From the NCBI GenBank assembly GCA_963765625.1, contig CAVXXD010000006.1, forward strand, positions 371,990 to 435,989: a DNA stretch of 64,000 nt. Reading direction: 5' to 3'. The DNA comes from an uncultured bacterium (GTDB lineage Bacteria; Actinomycetota; Geothermincolia; Geothermincolales; Geothermincolaceae). Numbering within the stretch: position 1 is the first letter of the stretch; the number at the start of each line of letters is the position of its first letter. A program made the translations under genes and the position numbers. This document shows, one piece after another, positions 34,949 to 44,925 of the stretch. The notes below the pieces were generated by a model, which did not search any database, was not told the DNA's origin, and saw nothing but the letters and a program-made list of their open reading frames with translations.

Positions 34949-36070
34949 ATGGGCTCGGCAACGGACAGGATCCTGGTATGTGATGATTGTGGGATCCCGC
35001 TGCTTATCAGCGGCGAGCTGAGCTGGGAGAGCAACGGGGTCATCCTCTCCAGGAGTTCCCCCGGCTCCCGCTGGACCTTCTTCGAATCCGAGAACTTCGA
35101 TCCCCTGTTCCGGGATATCGAGCAGCTCATCGGCGTTTCCATCGAGAACATCGTCATGGAGGCCAGGAGAAGCGAGGCAAGAAGATACGTGACGAAGCTG
35201 TTCCCCCCGGAGGCCAGAGAGGTGTTTTCGTCCTGGGATGAAAAGAAGAGCCTGACCGCCGGGGAGCGGGAGGAGATGTTCCAGAAGGCCAAGAAGACCA
35301 CCGATATCGTATACGATTTCTGCCGGGCCTGCGGATATGCCGCCGGGGATCCAGGGGAGTTGTGGGAGAGAAAGGCCGACCGGCCGTGGCGGTTGAGTGA
35401 AGCCATAAACCCCTACTCGACGAGCCTGTTCCACGCGGAATGCCTCGGAGCCTGCGAGGCGCTCGAGGGCAGGGACATGTGGGTCGACTACGAGCTGCGG
35501 GACGGCGTTTACTACGTGAGCTATTATCCGTCCGAGCACCCCCTGGAATTGAAGGGGCGTCCGGATGGAGGCAGGTATGAGTTTAAGGGTGGGAGTATCC
35601 GGTATGATCTTTGCCCCGGGTGTGGCGTACCCAGGGAGATCTCCCGTTACCGCTGGGACCTGGAGCAGGGGACCATCACCGATGACGACACGAGCCGGAG
35701 GATGGCGGTGATCGGCTCGCAGGCGCTGAGCGCCATTGTGCACGCCCTGGTGGACGAACTGGGGGAGGACGTGACCAATACGCTCATCGAAGCCTCGCGG
35801 AGGTTCACCAAGGACCACTGGAGCAACGAGGACTGGAAGCGGACCGGCACGGATTTCCAACGGATCTTTTCTTTACGAGGCCTGGGCAACGTGGTGAAGT
35901 TCGAGGGCGACAGAAAGCACCTCACCATGAGGATTCAGAACTCCTGCCTCCACCTGCTGCTGCTCGGGACCATACAGGCGCTGGTGGAACTGGCGTATTC
36001 CGCCGATGCCAGCACCTGTTCCTGGGAGTATTTCCCCGACGGCGACCTCGAGGTCACGATACACGTTTGA
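34949..36070 (+). CDS. hypothetical protein made of two tandem [CxxCG zinc-ribbon-like + about 150-aa] modules
   Basis: Module 1 starts ILVCDDCGIPLLISGELSWESNGVI. Module 2 starts IRYDLCPGCGVPREISRYRWDLEQGTI. Each is followed by a similar helical/beta region. The resemblance to V4R-type ligand-binding domains is only my impression. Confidence 0.65.
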   Translation: MGSATDRILVCDDCGIPLLISGELSWESNGVILSRSSPGSRWTFFESENFDPLFRDIEQLIGVSIENIVMEARRSEARRYVTKLFPPEAREVFSSWDEKKSLTAGEREEMFQKAKKTTDIVYDFCRACGYAAGDPGELWERKADRPWRLSEAINPYSTSLFHAECLGACEALEGRDMWVDYELRDGVYYVSYYPSEHPLELKGRPDGGRYEFKGGSIRYDLCPGCGVPREISRYRWDLEQGTITDDDTSRRMAVIGSQALSAIVHALVDELGEDVTNTLIEASRRFTKDHWSNEDWKRTGTDFQRIFSLRGLGNVVKFEGDRKHLTMRIQNSCLHLLLLGTIQALVELAYSADASTCSWEYFPDGDLEVTIHV

Positions 36071-36545
36071 ACAAGGGGTTCATCAAGCAGACAGTATTGG
36101 GACAGCGCGAGCAACCCAGCAGACGGACGGCCAATGCCCCCAGCATTAAAGACAGCACGTACAGCCCAAGGTAGCGCCCGCCCATCTCGCGCGCTTGCGG
36201 CAGGGGGTAGAGGATGCACGCTCCGACCAGTGCCATGTCGATATAGAAGGCGCCCGCGGTGAGGTCGTGCTCGTGGTCGGGCTCCAGGATCATGGCGGTC
36301 AATTTTCCCATCAGGGTGGAGCATTCCTGCCCGTAGAACTCGCAGCGGCAGCAGACTGTCTTCCGCACGGCAGTGGTCAAGACCACCCACAGAAGCGTGT
36401 ACAGCGGAATGCGGCGCGGCGCCTTTCTTGCAAGAGCAAAAGACCCCATGGCCAGGACAACGCCAAAGAACGAAGTAGTCACGTAAGCGGTGCCGCGAGG
36501 CCAGGGGTTGCATGCGGGTTCCGGACAGCCCGGCTCCGTTCTCAT
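36054..36545 (-). CDS. Cys-rich integral membrane protein
   Basis: The preferred start is the ATG at 36543-36545, 1 nt after the upstream stop. The protein has about 4 TM segments plus CCRCEFYGQEC and CSRCPNTVC motifs. The upstream part of track ORF 36054..36764 overlaps the ACAD-like gene out of frame. Confidence 0.6.
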   Translation of the reverse strand: MRTEPGCPEPACNPWPRGTAYVTTSFFGVVLAMGSFALARKAPRRIPLYTLLWVVLTTAVRKTVCCRCEFYGQECSTLMGKLTAMILEPDHEHDLTAGAFYIDMALVGACILYPLPQAREMGGRYLGLYVLSLMLGALAVRLLGCSRCPNTVCLMNPLFKRVS

Positions 36546-36546
36546 T

Positions 36547-37548
36547 TCAACACTTTTCCAGATGAAGCAGAGCCTCGTGGCTCGAGAAAGGCCAGATGCA
36601 GCAGTAGGAGGCGTCGCGCAACAGGCGTTCCATGCCGTAGTCGCGCATGTACCCATATCCTCCGTGCAGCTGCACAGCATTGGACGCGGCCTCGCGAGCT
36701 CTCTCGCAGACCAGCGCCTTGACCGCCAGGGCCGTGGAGAGCGAGGGCCGGTCGCCGTCCTCACTGCACGCCCCCCGGAGCAGCGTCAACCCCGTCTCCT
36801 CTACCGCGCGCATGCCGCCCAGCATCAGGCGCAGCTGCTGGTGCTCGTGGATGATGCTGCCCCCCTGGTAACGCTCATGGGAATAGGCCCGGGAAACCTC
36901 GGCGCCCTTCGACGCGATGCCGGTAGCGATGGCTGCCGTCCCCAGGCAAAGGACCGCCAGGATATAGTCGAAATATTCCCCGGCCAGCTTTCCGCTCTGC
37001 AGCGCTTCCGCTTTTTCCAGTTCCAGCGCCCCGGGCCGGGCAGCTCGCAGGCCGTGGTTGTACTCGCAGGCCACCGTTACCCCATTCCCGTCCAGGGCTA
37101 CCGTCGCAACCTCTCCATCCGGGCTCACCAGCACCACTCGCTTTGTCAGAAGAAGTCCCGGGACGAAATCGCAGATGCCCGAGACCGTTCCGTTCGTACT
37201 CCCGTTCTCCAGGTGGGCCGGTAGGCCCAGGGAGTAGAGGTCGGTGAGATAGGAGCCAGGCAGTTCCAGCCCGGCAAGCTCGAGCGCCTTGCAGGCCAGG
37301 TTGTGGTTGAGGCACAGCGCGGCCACGGCCGCGCTCTCCCGCGCGATCCCGGTCAGGGCGAGCAGAAAGGAGTGAAGGTCCAGGCCCTGGCCTCCCCGCT
37401 CCTCGGGAAGCATCGCGGCCAGCATACCGAACTCAGCCGTCTGGGCGATCACTTCCAGGATGTGGTTCTTTTCGGGATAGTCATCCATTTCGGATGCCCG
37501 CGGGCAGATCTCCGCCCTGGAGAACTCAAGGAAGTAGGTGTAGCCCAA
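36547..37548 (-). pseudogene. acyl-CoA dehydrogenase-like gene, 5'-truncated
   Basis: The ACAD pattern begins mid-helix at (TTG)GYTYFLEFSRAEICPRASEMDDYPE. No ATG/GTG with an SD is present. The 5' end abuts the truncated TetR fragment on the other strand. Confidence 0.55.
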
Positions 37549-38052
37549 GGGACCTTCTATCTATATTTCGACGGCAAAGAAGCTGTCTTCGATGCCGTCG
37601 CGGAGGACATCGTCCTGGAAGGGTATAACGTCATCAAGGGCATCGTGGCGCAAGAGGACCTCTCGGCCCCGGAAAAGGTCAAGCAGACCATGGCTTACCT
37701 CATTAGCCTGGAGGCGACCGAACGGTGGACCGACGAACTGGACGTGCGGCGCCTTCGCCACCTGCGGGACCGCGTCGGCGGTATAGCGCTCGATCTCTAC
37801 TCGCCCCTGGTGACCGACATCATCAAGCAGGGCGTCGAAGAGGGGTTGATGCACGTTGTTCACCCCGCGGCAACCGCCGCCTTTTTCCTCTCGGTGAGCT
37901 GGGACTTCCTTGACGTCCTCAAGGGATCCGACGCCCTGTCCAGCGAGGAGTGGTGGGAGGCATACCTCGATTTCATAGTCAGGTTAGCCGGCATAGACGA
38001 GAAGATCGACCTGGGCATCGGCGACCTGAAAGCTCCATCATCAGCCGAATAG
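37537..38052 (+). pseudogene. TetR-family regulator fragment lacking the N-terminal HTH
   Basis: Homology starts at the last HTH residues, GVAQGTFYLYFDGKEAVF, and continues through a TetR-like C-terminal domain. Upstream in the same frame there is only antisense sequence of the ACAD-like gene. Confidence 0.6.
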
Positions 38053-38072
38053 AGTGACGGCTTCTCCTGCCG

Positions 38073-38684
38073 TTACTTCCCGCTGCGCTTCCCCCCGCCC
38101 AGTACGGCATCGAGATACGTCCTTACCATGTCCATCCCGATACTCGGGTGTGCCCTGTCCGGAAACATGTACCAATGCGCCCAGAGCCCATCGGTCAGCG
38201 CGCTGATGGTGATCGCTATCCTTTCCGCCTCCGCCGCGGTCAGGCTACCGCTCGAGTCCGCCCCAAGAAGGGTGTCACTCAAGGCACCGTAGTATCTCTC
38301 GTAAGCCTTGCGCATTGCTTCAAGGATGCTCTCGTTGATGGTGGCCCAGTAAGCCACGGCGATATAGGCCTTGGTGTAGTCCTGCGAAGGGAATTCGTCG
38401 CTGAAGTATATCTCGAGAAGCTTCTCCAGCCTCTCCCGGGGGTCTTCTATGGCCTCGATCGGCTTGAAGAACAACTCCTCGTGCATCTTCAGGATCTGCA
38501 GGATGAGTTCCTGGGACAGCTCTTCCTTGCTGGAGAAATAGTGATTGATCAGGCTGGTGGTGAGGTTCGCTTCCCTGGCGATGTTGGCGAACGTGCAGCC
38601 CTCGATGCCCTTTTCGGTAAGGCACCTGTAAAACGCTTCCAGTATCTGTGGACGACGTTCCTCAGCCAGGCTCTTCCTTCCCAT
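38073..38684 (-). CDS. TetR/AcrR-family transcriptional regulator
   Basis: The sequence is RRPQILEAFYRCLTEKGIEGCTFANIAREANLTTSLINHYFSSKEEL. Confidence 0.9.
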   Translation of the reverse strand: MGRKSLAEERRPQILEAFYRCLTEKGIEGCTFANIAREANLTTSLINHYFSSKEELSQELILQILKMHEELFFKPIEAIEDPRERLEKLLEIYFSDEFPSQDYTKAYIAVAYWATINESILEAMRKAYERYYGALSDTLLGADSSGSLTAAEAERIAITISALTDGLWAHWYMFPDRAHPSIGMDMVRTYLDAVLGGGKRSGK

Positions 38685-38699
38685 GCCCTTCCCTTCGAG

Positions 38700-40442
38700 T
38701 CACTCAGCCGCCGGCAGGCTCAATTCGAAGTCACCTTCGTAGACCTCCATGAACCTTTCTACCATGGGAGGGATGAGGTTGGCAAAGTGGTCCGTCTTCA
38801 CACAGACGACCGCCGGCAGTTCCTGGTCCCTGGCCTCCTCGAATACGCGCTCGAGGTCCTCGGCCTTGTCCACGTATGCGCCGTAGCAGCCCATGGCCTC
38901 CGCCATCCTGTCCCAGCGTACCGGGTACTGCTGGCAGGCGATGACCTTAGAGGCGTCTCCGTTGAAGAAGGCCAGTTGAGCGATCTCCTCCATGCACCAG
39001 TTCTCGTCGGCATGGACGATGACCGTTATCTTGACCTTCTCGCGTACGGCCGTCTCCATCTCCATGAAATTGAAGCCGGCGGCTCCGTCTCCGGTGACGA
39101 CGTAAACGTCGCTGTCCGGGGCCGCCAGCTTGGCGCCTATGGCGTAAGGGATACCCGTGCCGAGATGCCCGAACTCGAAGATGCCCAGGGAGGTGCGGGG
39201 CTTGCCTGAAGTCTGGTGTAGACTCCGTTGAACAGGCTGGTGTTGCCGCCGTCACCCACGTTAACGGCTTCCGGCCCGAAGACTTTCGCTGCCGCCAGCA
39301 CCGAGGCAGCAGGATGTATCAGGCCGCCCGCGTAGCTCCATCGGAGCCTGTTCGAGTACGGCGAACTCCTGCCTCTCCATGTCCTTGTACTTCGCGACCA
39401 GTTCGCCATCCGCACGGCTTGACGTCCATCCGCTTGAGCTCTTCGAGCAATGCGCTTGCCGTAGCTTTGGCGTCGGCCACTATGGCCATGTCGACGGGCC
39501 GGTTGACCCCGATGTTCCTGGGGATCGACGTCCACCTGGATAAGTTTCTGGAGAATCCGGGATCGCCGAAGTAGCGGGCATAAGGCAGGTCCATGGTGCC
39601 CAGCCGCGTCCCCAACGCCAGGATGACGTCCGCTTCCTGCCGGGCCGTCAGGGCTCCGTTGCTCATGCCGAAGAGGTAGTTGGGGTGATGGTTGTCGAAG
39701 GCTGACCGGGCAGCCATGGTGGTGGTCGCGGGGCAGTTCAGCAGCTCCACCAGCTCCCGGAAGTCGTCCCAACCTCCGCTGTTGAGCACTCCCGGTTCCC
39801 GCTATCAGCAGCGGGTTCCCGGCCTCCGCGATCAAGCGGGCCGCCTTCTCGACTTGCGCGGCGGCCGGCTCGAGCAGCTATGACGCGGTACTGGTGCGGT
39901 TCGAGGTATTGCAGCTCCGAGTCGTCGCCTTCCTCGTAGAGGATATCGTAGGGTATGTCGATATGTACCGGACCGGGGCGTCCCGCCAGGGCTTCCCGGA
40001 AAGCGGCCTGGACGATCTCGGGAATGCGCTTCCACTGGTGAACGACCTCGTTCCACTTACACACCGGCTTCATGATGTCGTACTGGTTGACGGCCTGGTA
40101 TACTCCGGAACGGAAGGGGTAACCGAGGTTCGTCGGCACCTGGGAGCTGATGGCGATAACCGGCACTCCCTCCTCGCGCGCGCAGAGTAGTCCCGGGACG
40201 ATGTTCGCCGTGCCCGGCCCGTATCCCGCCATCGCCACGGGTATCTCGCCGCAGGCCTTATATACACCCTCCGCCATGTGTGCCGCGGCAGACTCGTGCC
40301 TGGGGCCCACCCACCTGATCCCGTTGGCCGCCGCCGACGCCATGACCGGGTGATACCCGGCGTCGGTTATTCCGAAAATCCTCTTCACCCTCTCCTTGAG
40401 AAGACACCTTACCAGCACTTCGGCTCCCGTGACCGTCGCCAT
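38700..40442 (-). pseudogene. thiamine-diphosphate enzyme (acetolactate-synthase-like), at least 4 frameshifts
   Basis: The N-terminal Pyr domain is intact (MATVTGAEVLV..GPRHESAAAHMAEG..GYGPGTANIV). The middle domain is split across frames (LIAEAGNPLLIAG / LNSGGWDDFRELVELLNCP..ADVILALGTRLG / LIHPAASVLAAAKVFGPEAVNVGDGGN). The C-terminal PP domain is in yet another frame (VVTGDGAAGFNFMEMETAVREKVKITVIV). Confidence 0.75.
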
Positions 40443-40589
40443 GACCGCACCTCCTGTTACTCTCGTCGTTCTTTCGAACAAGGGACCAAGGTCGAGCAGC
40501 ACCGTACAGCTTGGATATATATTGTTTGTATGTTCAAACTATATTTGACTGGCAACCAGACGTCAAGATTTGTTCCTGGCGTTTCCAGG

Positions 40590-42429
40590 CTAGAGAAGCG
40601 CTTCGCGGCCGTTCCTGATGAAACTCTCCTTCATGGACCGGTACTTCTCCGCACTCAGAGGGGCGTAGGTGGCATCCCCTCTTTCCATGTAGTAGACCCG
40701 CATGCCGGGATGTTCTTCGAGATTGTAGTGTTCTTTCTTGTAGGGCCGGACGACTATCTTGTGGGTGTCGGTGAGCGGGAACTGCTCGACCACCCTGATG
40801 AAATCGGGCATCCACTTGGGGTCCATGCCGCCTTCCTGCTGCTGGCCGGTGAGCCAGGCGAAAGCCTCGTCGGGGTCGAACTCGCAGCCCTCCCTCATCT
40901 GCACGGCTATCATCACCTTTTCGTCGGAGACGTCGCACGGGCACCCGTAAGCGATGGCCAAGTGGGCGCCGGGAATGCCCTTGGCGTAATCCAGCACGTT
41001 CTCCGCCGAGAAGTTCTCGCCGTCCTTCCTGATCCAGTCGTCGGTGCGGCCGTTGAAGTAGAGGTACTTCTTCCCGTCGATAATCCTGATGTGACCGAGG
41101 TCGCCCGAGTGAAAGATCCCGTCGCGGAACTTTAAACGGGTCGCCTCGGCGTTGCCGAAATAGCCGCCGAACCTGAGGTTGTTCTCCCCGACCATGCGGC
41201 ATATCTCGCCGACGGCCTGGTCGTAATTGGCCAGCCTTCCGTCGTCGCCCGCGATGCCGGGGGCGCATTCCCTGTCGCTCTCGTCCAAGATGACCACCGA
41301 TTTCGAGCACCTGCCCAGCGACTCGAAGGGGTCTCCGGGCCGGTTGACCGTGGTCACCACGGCTTCGGCCGAACCGTAGATCTCGTATACGTGCTCCATG
41401 CCGAGGTACTTTTCGATCTTGGCGCGGTCCACCACGGAGGCGCCGTTCCCGTAGGCGGCCCTGAACCTGTTGCGCGGATCGTGCGCGAGCGCCTCTTCCA
41501 CCGCTTCACCGCTGCCATACTCCTTCTCCAGCGCGGAGATGATGTAGTGCAGAGGCTGCCCCACGTAATTGAGGAAGGTCACCCCGTACTCCAGCATGTC
41601 CTCCTCGAAGGCGCTGGCGCTGAACTTGCGTTTGAGCACGAAGCTGCCGCCGGCGATCATCTGCGGGAGTATGCCGATGTACCAGTCGTTGGCATGGAAG
41701 AGCGGCATGGCGATGTAGCCCCGGTCTCTCTTTGTGAGCTTAACCGCAGCTTCCACCACGAACCCCGCGCCGATCATCTTGGCGTGGGTGCAGGGCACTC
41801 CCTTGGGGAGGCCGGTGGTGCCGGACGTGTAGATGACCAGGACCGGGCTGAAGAGGTCGACGCGGGGGACACGGCATTTCCCCGTCTTTTGCGCGGCAGC
41901 CTCGACGGCTTCCTCAAGGATCCCGTATGGCCTTCCTTCGATCTCACCCTTGGGTCCCGCGTAGAGTATGTCTTCTTCTCGCAGGTCGCTCTGGCTTCTA
42001 ATCTTCTCGGCCTCAGCGATGGTACTCGAATTGATGATGAGCATCGAGACGCCTGATTGGCCTATCACGTTCACCAGGGTCTCTCCACGGAAGCCGGTGT
42101 TGACGGCGAAGAGTATGGAGTTGCTCAATCCGGCGGCAAAAGCGGCAAAGATGAATTCCGGCGTGTTGTCCACATAGATACCCACACAGAGCCGTCCATT
42201 CTTCGGGCAGGGTTCCGTCGGCTACGCGCTTTTCATGTTCGCAGGCGAAGAACCGTGCGTAATCCAGCGACCTCCGGTAGACCTCCCCGTACGTATATTC
42301 GCGGCCTTCGAATATGAAGAAGATGCGTCTGCGGCGGGGCCATATCCACCACATCGTCAGCTTGACCATGGTCCCGAAGTTGATGAAGGACAGCTTGCTT
42401 AAAAAGCTTTTCAGGTTAAACTTCTTCAT
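40590..42429 (-). pseudogene. AMP-dependent acyl-CoA synthetase/ligase, one frameshift near 42190
   Basis: The N-terminal 80 aa (MKKFNLKSF..FEGREYTYGEVYRRSLDYARFF) are in track ORF 42013..42429. The remainder (GIYVDNTPEF..YTSGTTGLPKGV..) is in 40590..42185. Confidence 0.75.
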
Positions 42430-42435
42430 GCAGAT

Positions 42436-43665
42436 TCAAATAGCCTCCTTTGCGCGCATGCGATCGAGGCACCTGTACAGGGCGTCGCGCAACGGCTTTT
42501 CGCGCGGATCGTCATAGAGGTATATCCCCATGTTGTTCATGACGTAGGCGAATCCCACCTGGGCGTCCGGGTCGGCGAACCCGAAGGAGCCCCCCGCCCC
42601 GTTCATGCCGAAGGACCTGGGACTGCTGCCGAAAGAGTAACCCTGGAACGGCTTCCAGTAGCCGAGGGAGAAATTGGTATCCACCCGCAGCACGCGGTCG
42701 AATCGCCCGGTGAGGGAAGGTTTCGCCGGCTTATACAACTCCTCCAGGGTCTCCGCCTTCAGGCCCAGCTCCGCGCCACCGGTGGCGAAGGCGCCGTAGG
42801 CCCTGGCGATGGCGCGCGCGGTGCCGATGCCGTTGCCAGCCGGTATCTCGACGCGGTTGAGAGGCTCGCTCCCGAAATCGGCCGGGGAGAGGAACTTCAG
42901 GCACAGGAAAGCGCGGGCCGTGAGCGACCGGAGCTTCACGGCTTCCCTCACCAGTCCCCAGGGTACTTGCCTGGGCTTGAAAGGCATCCCGATCTGCCTG
43001 AAGGCCTCGATGTGGGCGAGGCGGAAGGAGGGAACGCTTTCGGGCAGACCGATATAGAATTCCTCACCCAGGGGCTCCGCGATCTCCTCGCGCAGGAACC
43101 GCCCCATGCTCCTGCCGGCGGGGTCCACGCGGCGGATAATCGCGCCCGCATACCAGCCCAGGGTGATGGCATGATAGCCCTGCGCCTCTCCCGGCATCCA
43201 AGCCGGCCTCTGCCGCGCGAGGATGCTGTCGGTACGGTCGAGGTCCGCCAGTTCGTCCGCGCCCAGGCGCTGGTCGAGGGCGCACAATCCCGCCTGGTGG
43301 GAGAGGATCTGGCGCACGGTTATCCTGTCCTTCCCCGCCTGCGCGAACTCGGGCCAGTAGGCCGCCACTCTCTCGTCGTAGTCCAGCAGCCCTCGGGAAT
43401 GGGCCAGGGCCATGGCCAGGCAGGACATGCCCTTGGTGGCGGAGAAGACGACCACCATGGTGTCCTCCTTCCAGGGAGCCCGCGACCTGAGATCGCGGTA
43501 CCCTCCCCAGAGGTCGACCACCTTCTCTCCCCGGTGATAGACGGCGCATGCCGCCCCCAGCTCGCCCCGCTGGGAAAAGTTCCGGCGGAACTCTTCCTCC
43601 ACCTCCTCGAAACCCGGCGCCACGACGCCATGGACAAGTGAAGGATCGACTTTTGTTCCGAACAT
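42436..43665 (-). CDS. serine hydrolase (class C beta-lactamase/esterase family)
   Basis: The segment VFSATKGM carries the SxxK active-site motif. The length and pattern are typical of EstB/AmpC-like proteins. Confidence 0.85.
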   Translation of the reverse strand: MFGTKVDPSLVHGVVAPGFEEVEEEFRRNFSQRGELGAACAVYHRGEKVVDLWGGYRDLRSRAPWKEDTMVVVFSATKGMSCLAMALAHSRGLLDYDERVAAYWPEFAQAGKDRITVRQILSHQAGLCALDQRLGADELADLDRTDSILARQRPAWMPGEAQGYHAITLGWYAGAIIRRVDPAGRSMGRFLREEIAEPLGEEFYIGLPESVPSFRLAHIEAFRQIGMPFKPRQVPWGLVREAVKLRSLTARAFLCLKFLSPADFGSEPLNRVEIPAGNGIGTARAIARAYGAFATGGAELGLKAETLEELYKPAKPSLTGRFDRVLRVDTNFSLGYWKPFQGYSFGSSPRSFGMNGAGGSFGFADPDAQVGFAYVMNNMGIYLYDDPREKPLRDALYRCLDRMRAKEAI

Positions 43666-43856
43666 GATACCCCCCCCTCGAGATCGCTTCTTTTTACCAA
43701 TATTATACCGTCAAGCGAGAACGCTCCGTCGGGAAGGCACACAGAACTGCCAAGCAAGGCAGCGTAACCGTCTGATGCCGTCGCATGCTTGCACTTTTTG
43801 AAGTAAATGACATTAATTGTATTGTTGGTAAGAAGAGAAGAAAGGAGGAACCACTT

Positions 43857-44432
43857 ATGAAACAATCACTTCCGGCAAATACGATATTGCTCCCCTCACC
43901 GGTGCTCGTTATCGGAACGTACGGCTCCGATGGGCGCCCCAATATCATGACCGCCGCATGGGGAGGAATCGCGGCGAGCAAGCCGCCTTGTATCAGTGTG
44001 TCTCTCCGGGAAGCGACACTCACCTATCACAACATCCGGCAGACCGAGGCGTTCACAGTGAACATCCCCTCCGAGAGCTACATGAAGGAGGCCGACTTCG
44101 TCGGCTTGGTTTCCGGAAAGGAGCGCGACAAATTCCAGGAAGCCCGCCTGACTCCGGAGAAGAGCAGCCTGGTCAACGCCCCCATCGTCAAGGAGTTTCC
44201 CTATGCCCTGGAATGCAGGCTGATCGAGCAGGTCGCTGTAGGCTCGCACATGATGTTCATCGGGGAGATCGTCGGAATGGTCGCTGATAGCGAGATGTTG
44301 AGCCCTGATCAACTTCCGGATATCGAGAAGGTGAGACCACTGCTGTTCGGCTCCTTCGGCAGTATGGCGTATTACGGCGTCGGCGACAAACTCGGTAAAG
44401 CGTTCTCGGCTGGAAACGAACTGAAGCCGTAG
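43857..44432 (+). CDS. flavin reductase-like (FMN-binding split-barrel) protein
   Basis: The ATG at 43857 follows AAAGGAGG. The sequence is PVLVIGTYGSDGRPNIMTAAWGG..SLREATLTYHNI. Confidence 0.85.
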   Translation: MKQSLPANTILLPSPVLVIGTYGSDGRPNIMTAAWGGIAASKPPCISVSLREATLTYHNIRQTEAFTVNIPSESYMKEADFVGLVSGKERDKFQEARLTPEKSSLVNAPIVKEFPYALECRLIEQVAVGSHMMFIGEIVGMVADSEMLSPDQLPDIEKVRPLLFGSFGSMAYYGVGDKLGKAFSAGNELKP

Positions 44433-44478
44433 GTTCAGAAACGGACTCTGGGGGTTCCCGCCCCATACCGAGTGCATA

Positions 44479-44670
44479 CACCTGGGGAAGCCTTTCCTTG
44501 ACGGTTTTCCAGATTATCTTGAGATTGACCCCGAAATACTCGTGGGCGACAATGTTTCTCAGTCCCACCATGGCCTGCCAATCAGCCTCCGGATATTGCT
44601 CCCTCAGCTTTTTAAGAACATGCTTGGATGCTTCGCCGATCACTTCGAAATTCTGATGACTGCATCGACC
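44479..44670 (-). pseudogene. HepT (DUF86) toxin remnant
   Basis: The sequence is (VDAVIR)/NFEVIGEASKH..WQAMVGLRNIVAHEYFGVNLKIIWKTV, carrying the Rx4HxY motif. The first 50 or so aa are missing. There is a 1-nt frame break between DAVIR and NFEV. The normal stop is lost, and the frame runs into the 3' end of the convergent gene. Confidence 0.5.
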
Positions 44671-44672
44671 AC

Positions 44673-44870
44673 TGGTCGCTTCAGAGCATCCAGCTCAAGG
44701 TGGTAAAGATCGGGGCAAAGGTGATCTCGCATGCCAGGAGCACCGTCTTTCAGCTCGCGGAAGTAGCCCTGCCCGAGTCTTTGACCGAGCGGACGGTTGT
44801 AAGGGCTTCTGCGCGGAGAGACGACATTGCCTTGCTTGGGAGCACCATTACGCTAAGCGGGAGGGCATAA
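44673..44870 (+). mobile_element. C-terminal tail of a DDE transposase (IS remnant)
   Basis: The sequence WSLQSIQLKVVKIGAKVISHARSTVFQLAEVALPESL resembles the conserved ..WSL..LR.KL.KIGAKVV.H.R...FQ.AEVA.P.. tail that I recall from IS1380/IS4-type transposases. No upstream catalytic domain and no terminal repeats were identified. Confidence 0.4.
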
Positions 44871-44925
44871 GAAAGTGTTCGTTATATAATATTGGAAGCT
44901 GGAACCGTTCCAGAGAAGAGGAGGA

